A stretch of DNA of 27,477 nucleotides, taken from assembly GCA_002269645.1 (NCBI GenBank), contig NIVC01002403.1:1-27477 (forward strand), read 5' to 3'. Positions 9,501 to 18,500 of the stretch are shown here, in pieces. The notes beneath the pieces were generated by a model, which ran no database searches, was not told the DNA's origin, and saw only the letters and a list, made by a program, of their open reading frames with translations. This DNA is from Macrostomum lignano (taxonomy: Eukaryota). Both the position numbers and the translations under genes were made by a program. Numbering within the stretch: position 1 is the stretch's first letter; each line of letters starts with the position of its first letter.

Positions 9501-12500
9501 TCCATTTGCCAAACAAAAATGAATACGGGTAAGCCACGCATGCTCAAAAGTACACCGCCTGTGCGACCCCAACCGTTCACGCAGGGCGCAGCTGCTCGGA
9601 CTACGCCAAGCCGCACCCGGACTGCCTGAAAATCATCGAATCACGCCGGAGCGGCCGACCGAGCGTCAGCAATCCGAACACGCCAAGTGAGAGCCGCCGG
9701 GAATCCCTTCTCCTTGCCGCTGCGTTGGAGAGCTGTCCTCTGTCCAAAGTAGATTGACCTTCGTCTTGGTATCTTCCTCCGCTTTAGGGTTTAGGGATTT
9801 ACCTCGAAGTTTGAGATTTACCTCCAGATTTAGGATTACCCTGTAATTTATGGATTTCCCTCCAAGTTTGAGATTTCCCTAAAGTTTGAGATTTCCCTCC
9901 AAGTTTGGAATTTTCCACCCCAAGTCTGGCATTTCCCTCTAAGGTTGGGGTTTCCCCCAAATTAAGGAAATTCCCTCAAAAGTTGGGATTTCCCTCAAAT
10001 TATGGGAATTACCTATAAGGTTGGGATTTCCCTCAAATTTAGGGAATTCTCTTCAAGGCTGGGATTTCCCTCCAAATTGAATAATGTGCCCCGCTTTTGG
10101 ATTCCCTTTTGTTTTTTTGGATTTTCTTCTATTATTTATTATCTTCGGCCTTCAATATATTCTTCTACGAAATTTATGTTCGTTTTTTAGCTCGTAAAGT
10201 ATCCCAACTTTGCAACCCCCTTCTTTTCTTGGTTCTTAATAATTCTTCAAGATCTTCTACAATCATTTTTGTGCCTATCTATTTGTCATAAATGCGTTAG
10301 TGAAAAACCAGGCTTCTATCACCGTTGCAGGAGGAAATCGTACGAGCAGCGATTTTGAAGAAGACGAATCAAAATCGACAGATTTCGACATTCCAGTAGT
10401 AAGTTCGGGTGTCCTAACAAGCTTAATTTACTTTACCTACTAAACACAGACAGACCCATATTGTTTGAGAGTGTACTTTTCAGCATATCTTTCTTTACGC
10501 ACTACTCGAAATAGCAGATGGCAGGACAGGAAAAGCAGCGAAAGTCGAAAGCGGCTGCTGAGCCCGAGAATTCGTCGAATCAGGTCGTTTATCGGTTGCA
10601 GCAATTGAGTTTCTTTGAGTTTCTGCTACTCTTTTTCCACGCGGAGATGCTTTGTGTGACGATTTCCTTGCATTCTTGCATCCCACAGAATTTACTTCCC
10701 TGTCGTTTTGATGGCTTTTATATTCCCTTTTTCAAATTTTTATAGTCACGCATACGAAAATTGCTTCAATTTGCATGCATTTCTACTAACAGTAGATTAA
10801 AAGAGTGCATACAAAAAATTACGTAATAATACAGAATACTAGAGTGGCTGGCCGCAGCAGGTCGCCCGTTGTAGCCCTGGTGGGCGGTCGCAGGGCGATC
10901 AGTCTGAATGTGCTGCCGCCTGGCGAATCCTCGGTGCAAGTCTTTGATCCGGGTGAGCCGTTCTACATGGTGTGAAGGAAAAGTTTAAGTGGCTTCGGTT
11001 ATGGGTTAGAAGAAAAATATATTTTGTCAATGTAAGTTCAGACGGGTGGAGAGACTGGGTAATTTACAGATGTAAAATAAGAGTGTGCTGCAGGAAGACA
11101 ATCAACTGGGTCAGTGAGAGTGAAGTCAGTGAGATTGACAGGTGCAGAGAGAGTGAGAGACTGACAGGTGCAGAGACAGTGAGAGACTGACAGGTGCAGA
11201 GACAGTGAGAGACTGACAGGTGCAGAGACAGTGAGAGACTGACAGGTGCAGAGACAGTGAGAGACTGATAGGGTGCAGAGACAGTGAGAGACTGACAGGT
11301 GCAGAGACAGTGAGAGACTGACAGGTGCAGAGACAGTGAGAGACTGACAGGTGCAGAGACAGTGAGAGACTGACAGGTGCAGAGACAGTGAGAGACTGAC
11401 AGGTGCAGAGACAGTGAGAGACTGACAGGTGCAGAGACAGTGAGAGACTGACAGGTGCAGAGACAGTGAGAGACTGACAGGTGCAGAGACAGTGAGAGAC
11501 TGACAGGTGCAGAGACAGTGAGAGACTGACAGGTGCAGAGACAGTGAGAGACTGACAGGTGCAGAGACAGTGAGAGACTGATAGGGTGCCCAAACTTCAC
11601 ACGGATCTCCAGAGACCGAGAAGAGCCGCTCCCTGAAGGTGCCAATCGTGCGGGACAAGCGGAAGCGCTCTCGCTCACAGTCGCCAGCGGTCTCGCCGAC
11701 CGCCTCAATTGAGAGTCTGGGCAGCGATGATGAAGCTGCTCGTCTGGCAGCTGGCAGTGTCGCCGGGGAAGCCAATAAATCTTCCGCGGTACTGCTTCCG
11801 CTGCCGCTGTTGCTGCTGCTTTTTCAACTCGCTGCTCATCCATAATCTTTTCACCTTGGCTGCGCCATGCGACAATTTAATACACCTGAGCTGATAACAG
11901 CTGACAGCGTTAGGTTAATCCCGCATTTATCTACAGCTAATTTTCCCCATATTTAGTAAGCTAAGCAGCTCTCTGTAGGCAGTGATAAGAAAACTAAACC
12001 AGAGTTTGTGAAAGCTATACTACTGCAGCATTACTCTTGGGCGCACAGTTTCCTTAAAGCTTGAAACTAATCATCTTTTCTAAGTTTGAGGCCATAACCA
12101 TATTACTTTCCTAATTTATCGATTTCCAAAATCTCTAATAATACAGAAGACTTAACAGCAAGAGTGACGTGCGTGCAAATTAACTGGTAAAGCTTAACTT
12201 GCAAGATGTGCCCAGCTAATTTTTCTCACATTTTCCGTGTGAATTTCACAATTTTAATCCATATCGATCGATAACAAATAGCCGTGAACTCACTCCAATT
12301 AATTTTGATGCACAAAAATGATGCAGATAATGTTATATTCTTAGTAACAAATTAGGAGGTAAGAAAGAAGTAAAATATATACTCGAATTAAATGTACATT
12401 TTGGCACTTGTAAAACCATTTGAAGTCTGAATTTACTAAAAATCGGTTAACAAATCTGATTGGCTGGTCGGGTTGAACTGTTTCTACTCGTATTTTTAGA

Positions 12501-15500
12501 AACGCTGTAGGACGACCCCCATTGAATATCGTCTGCCCGCTTCATTCACGCGACCGGCCTCGGCCAATAAAATTTTTGTGCAATTATTATCACTTAAAGA
12601 TAAGAGCTTTGCATTGTACTCGTACTTAAGACTACGATTAGTATATTTTTGTTTTATTCACCCCTACCGTCATAGAGAGCCGAGGCACCGCCGATGAGGA
12701 AATCTCTCGCCGCCGTACCTGAAGCTGCTACTGCGACGACAAAGAATTCTGCCGCAATGACGCCACCGGCGCCTTCGCAGCCGGCCGCAGCAGCGAGTGT
12801 CGGCGGCGGCGGTGGCAACGAGTCGGACTCGGACTGGAGCAACTCGCAGAGCGCGTCGGCAGCGGCCCCCGAGACTGGCGGCAAGTCGCTAGGCGCCAAG
12901 ATCAATCTCAAACTCGAGCTGGAGAAGCGAATGGCTGGCACAGCGGCCGCGGCCGGCTCAGTCGGATCGGCCAAGAACAATATAGCCGACGACGTCGAGG
13001 ATATCGTTGAAATTGGCGACGCCGAGGACGACGACGATGACAATACGGTGGCGTCGGAATTCCCGCCGACAACGGCGCCGACACCGAGATCAGTTGGCAA
13101 TGCGGCCACTCCCAGGGACGGTGTGAGTGGTTTGAATTGCCTGGGTATGCTTTTAACGAAATTAATAAGGACGTTTAGACCCTGTGGGCAGGGAGTCAAG
13201 TGGGGGGTTTGAAATGGGTGTGTGTCTATGGGCAGGGAGTGAGGTGGGTGGGTTAGAAATGGGTGCGTGTCTAGGGGCAGGGAGTGAGGTGGGTGGGTTA
13301 GAAATGGGTGCGTGTCTAGGGGCAGGGAGTGAGGTGGGTGGGTTGGGTAGAAATGGGTGCGTGTCTAGGGGCAGGGAGTGACGTGGGTGGGTTAGAAATG
13401 GGTGCGTGTCTAGGGGCAGGGAGTGACGTGGGTGGGTTAGAAATGGGTGCGTGTCTAGGGGCAGGGAGTGACGTGGGTGGGTTAGAAATGGGTGCGTGTC
13501 TAGGGGCAGGGAGTGAGGTCGGTGGGTTAGAAATGGGTGCGTGTCTAGGGGCAGGGAGGGACGTGGGTGGGTTAGAAATGGGTGCGTGTCTAGGGGCAGG
13601 GAGTGAGGTCGGTGGGTTAGAAATGGGTGCGTGTCTAGGGGCAGGGAGTGACGTGGGTGGGTTAGAAATGGGTGCGTGTCTATGGGCAGGGAGTGACGTG
13701 GGTGGGTTAGAAATGGGTGCGTGTCTATGGGCAGGGAGTGGGGTGGGTAAGGGTAGAAATGGCAGCGTGTCTAGGGGCAGCGAGTGAGGTGGGAACGTAG
13801 AATGCTGTATTAAATTCCTATAAATAGAATTTATTCTAACCTAAACATAAACTGCAGTTTCAGCGGCAAGATTCGGACTGGGAGGCCTCGGAAATTTCAG
13901 AGGCGCCGCCACCGCAGCCAAAGCTAAAGAGGGTATGCGAATGGCCATACTTGCCAACTATTTACAGAGTTCCAAAACAAGCTAATGCTTCACTTGTCTT
14001 ACCTATCAAATCAGGAGTCCACAGAGCAAGTCACCGCTGCAAAAGCAGACGATGAGGAGTCAGACTGGGACGAGTCTGTCGCTGTGTCGGCCGCAGCAAA
14101 AGGCCCTGACGAAGTCAAGGTAGAGTAAGAGAAAGCCATACCGTACACCTCTGTCAGCAGCATCAAGCTTCCATGTATCTTCCACTTTTCCCAGGCTCAA
14201 CCAGCGTCTGCAAAGCTGTCAGCGGCACCGGAAGACGAATCCGACTGGGACAACTCCATGACGGAGGCGCCGAGCATTGCAGCTGCCGCCGCGGTGCCGC
14301 AGCCGTCCAATTCTAAGCCACTGCCTGCCACTGTCAATCTTGGAGAGTCGGCCAACTCCGTTGCTAGGGATGAGGTAATTTTTTCTACGTTTGTCTGTAC
14401 GTAAAGTTTATTTTATTTGCTTAAAGCGAAAATTTTGTAGCACAACTCCGATTTCTGTACGTTTCTGTACTTTTGGAAATCAGCTGTACATTCAGAAATT
14501 TAGATTAGCTTTTCGAAACGTAGTTCTATTTTCTGAACGTAGCTTGACCTTTTGGAAGGTAGCTTGACCTTTTAGAAGGTAGCTTGACCTTTTGGAAGGT
14601 AGCTTGACCTTTTAGAAGGTAGCTTGACCTTTTGGAAGGTAGCTTGACTTTTTGGAAGATAGCTTGACCTTTTGAAGGACATTTTAGAACAAATGTAACA
14701 ACTGTCAGATAGTAGTTTGTTTACTCGGTGAGGCAGCGCTGGATTCTGCCGCTGTACTTATAACTAAGTGACTAGCTGATTGACTATTGAAATATTGACT
14801 GTACATCCAGTGTACCACCACCCCGATTTCGTGCCCCGTGCGCCCCGCCACCCCAATGCGTTAATAATTATATATTGAGCATCGTTTGCGTTAGCATCGT
14901 TTATGATTAATATATCGAAACTGAGACATCGTTCATTTTACCAAATCATCGTGCTACTCAGTTGAACTCTTAGTTAAACGACACGACACTCGAAACATTA
15001 CTGAACTTCCAGAAATATGCTTGACTTTTATATCCAATCTAAGTTATCAGATGCTATCGAAAGTTATAAGCTAGTTCCAATAACTGATTACCCTTGCAGA
15101 TCAGCGAATGGGACTCAGCAACCGAGGACGTGCCCAGCAGCGCGGCCACGGAAGCCCCCTCTCCAAGAAAACAGCAGCAGGAGCAGCCGCCCGACTCAGC
15201 ACGCAATCAAGGAAGCCTGCAGCCCATTGCGGAGGAGGCAGCAGTGGTGGCCGCCGCGATCGCTGCTGATCTGGTTAGAGCGCCAACTATTTTTAATTGC
15301 CGCAAAAAACCTAAACGCATTTCTAATAAGTTAACTAACGGTCCGTTTAAACTTTGAAAACCTCACTAGAACCAGCCTCCGGCAGCAGCCGTTTCCGTCG
15401 ATGTCGCTAAAAAAGCAGACGGTCTGGAATTCTGGGACTCGGAGGCCTCGCTAGCGGCGTCTGACGGGCCGCCGTCGAACCGGTCGGAGCCGTCAGCGGC

Positions 15501-18500
15501 CAGCGGCGTCGAGAAGCCGCTAGCAGCAGCGGCCAAGGACAAGTTGGAAACGCAGGCTCAGGGGGACACGGACACCGACGAGGACATCGACTTCGCGCGG
15601 GACGGCGGGGGCAACGTCACTGTGAGTGCAGCTGGGTAAAGGCTTCTGTATTGCAGTTTGTAGTGGTCTCAGTACGAGAAGTGTTCTGAGGAGTGCTCTA
15701 GCTTGTGCATGGATGTTCGTGCACGGTGCAACTCACACATCCATGAAAGGCGAGGGCGAATCCCCAAGGCACAGAGAGAGCACATGCTTGATGATTAGAC
15801 ATAGCGAGCTACTAATTCCAAGTAGTATTATTACTATGTAGTATTTCAATCTTAGTTTTAGAAATAGACTTGAAAATGGCTCTTTAGGTTCAAAAACGTC
15901 TGTAGCCATGGTAACAACATTAAACAAGATTAATTGTTTCAAAGTTGACGGTTTAACACGGGTGAACGCAGTTCGCATTGCTATCTGATATTCTGAACCA
16001 TGCATGCACTTATCCAAATTGAAAACTTCAGATCAAATTCGCTGGCAGGAACGAAACGACCGAAGATTATGGAGTGCAGGAAATCGGGTGGGTTCAGCTG
16101 CCTGAGTTGTGCATCCTGGTTTCTATGAAAGCGCATAGTCACCCATCTGTGCGAGCGTTACTTTAAACAGGGAAATCATGCCGCAAAACTGTTCAAATTT
16201 TAATTTATAGGACATCAGCTTCACCTCAAGAAGCTGGCGAAAAACTCAATGCTGATGATGAGGAATCTCCCAAACGGTCCATTGAAGAGTTCCCAGCTGC
16301 TGCTGCTGATGCTGCCGCTTCAGCGACCGGGACGCTGTGAGATCTTCATCGGCTTTTTGAAACTCTCCATGAAGTCACCCTGAAGTTATTAATGAAATCA
16401 GCCTGCAACTCTCCATGAAGTCACCCTGAAGTTATTAATGAAGCCACCCTGAAACTCCTATATTAACTAGCCACAAAATCACCCCGAAATTTCTCATAGC
16501 AACAAAAAAATTCCTGACGCTACTCTCCTTCACTGCAATCTCTTCCAGAAGCAGAAAGCCAAGCAGCCCTAGAGCACCGTCGCCGAAGCCGATGACGTCA
16601 TCAGTCGCGGTCGCAACTTCTGCCTGCCCCAGCCCGGTCCGGGAAGACCCCGAGGCGCTCGCCCGCCTGCAGGCGGAGCTGGCCACTGCAGTCGACAACC
16701 TCGCCGAGAGTCGCGCCGAGTCGGCCCGCCTGTCTGAGGAGCTCGAACTCGCGACCAACAAGCTGTCGGAGGCTCGACGGCTCCAGGCAGACGCGGAGGC
16801 CGAGCTGGCGACGGCTCGGAGGCGTCTCGAAGCCGAGCAGGCCGAGTCCGCACGCCTTGCCGAGCGCCTGCGCGCCGACGCGGCCAGCGCCGAAGAATCG
16901 GCGCGAGTCGACCTTCGCCGAGAGCGCGAGGTCAGCGCTGAAGCGTCGCTGGCGCTTGAGGCGGCGCGGTCTGAGGTAGCTGAGCTGAAGCGCAAACTGG
17001 AGCTGGAGCGGGAGGAGGGCGAGCGGTGAGCGCCGATTGGCTGATTGAACTTTCAATGAGTACAAGCTACCCTGAAGCTCTCGTGAAGTCATCCTGAAGC
17101 TCTCCTGAAGTCACCCTGAAGCTCTCCTGAAGTCACCCTGAAGCTCTCCTGAAGTCACCCTGAAGCTCTCCTGAAGTCACCCTGAAGCTCTCCTGAAGTC
17201 ACCCTGAAGCTCTCCTGAAGTCACCCTGAAGCTCTCCTGAAGTCACCCTGAAGCTCTCCTGAAGTCACCCTGAAGCTCTCCTGAAGTCACCCTGAAGCTC
17301 TCCTGAAGTCACCCTGAAGCTCTCCTGAAGTCACCCTGAAGCTCTCCTGAAGTCACCCTGAAGCTCTCCTGAAGTCACCCTGAAGCTCTCCTGAAGTCAC
17401 CCTGAAGCTCTCCTGAAGTCACCCTGAAGCTCTCCTGAAGTCACCCTGAAGCTCCCCTGAAGTCCTCTCGGAGCCCTGTAAACCTAAGAAGCTCAAATAG
17501 CACAATGGAATTTCGCAAACTTTGCAGAATCAAAGCCGAGATGTCAATCAGAGCCTCTGCCGTCGCTGAAGCCAACGGCGATGCGGCATCGCCGGCTTCG
17601 GCCGCGGCGGCATCCGAGGCGCTGGCGGACCTGCGCGAGCGCCTGGCGGAGACCCGCGCCGAGTTGGCGACCGCGCGAGCCGCCCAAGTTGAGACGTCGG
17701 CGGCCGCTGAGGCGGCCACCGGAGCGGCCCGCGCCAACGGGGAGCGAGCCGGGCGCGCCGAATCGGCGCGGCGCATCGCGGCGCAGCTGACGGAGGCGCT
17801 GGCGGAGAGCGCGGAGGTTGGAGAGTCGGCGCCGGCGCTAAGAATTCGAATTCGAAAACTGCTGGGGCTGGTGAGGCTGACAGGCTGGCTGAGATGCTGG
17901 GGTTGATGGGGCTTGTTGAAGATGCTGGGATTGGTGCGGCTTGTTGAAGATGCAGGGATTGGTGGGGCTTGTTGAAGATGCTGGGATTGGCTTGTTAAAG
18001 ATGCTGGGATTGATGGGGCTTGTTAAAGATGCTGGGATTGATGGGGCTTGTTAAAGATGGGATTGATGGGGCTTGTTGAAGATGCTGGGATTGATTGGGC
18101 TTGTTAAAGATGCTGGGATTGATGGGGCTTGTTAAAGATGCTGGGATTGATGGGGCTTGTTAAAGATGCTGGGATTGATGGGGCTTGTTAAAGATGCTGG
18201 GATTGATGGGGCTTGTTAAAGATGCTGGGATTGATGATGAGGCTGACTGATATACTGGAAATTTTATACAAGAGGAAAAGTTAACTTAAATTTTAGCCCG
18301 ATGTAGATTTTGATATCCAAGAAGCCTCGAGACAGCAGCAGCAGCACCGCTCTTCCCCAGTCGAAGTTCTGGTCTCGACCAGTCAGAACTCGGCGCCCTC
18401 TCCAGCCGCAGCCACTGAGCGCACCGGCCTGACGCTCGAGTTTAGAAGCAACGGGTTCGACAGCGCCGATGGACCCGAGGCCGTCACGTTCGAGTCGGTT

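Noticed and set aside
7352-9537. Long ORFs 7352-8047, 7371-8219, 8275-9537, 8373-9098 and 8408-8734
   Set aside because: They are translations of the 26-bp and 24-bp minisatellites. Only 7837-8038 is a real exon.
9783-9797. TTTAGGG telomere-like repeat
   Set aside because: Only two copies, at the edge of a degenerate 19-bp array.
11038-11843. Nested minus-strand gene in the intron 7/exon 8 region
   Set aside because: Mostly minisatellite translation. The unique part is better explained as plus-strand exon 8, whose splice phases fit both neighbours.
16435-17790. Minus-strand and alternative-frame ORFs over the coiled-coil exons (16435-16995, 16569-16853, 17441-17776, 17581-17790)
   Set aside because: Antisense shadows of GC-rich coding exons, with no independent splice or homology evidence.
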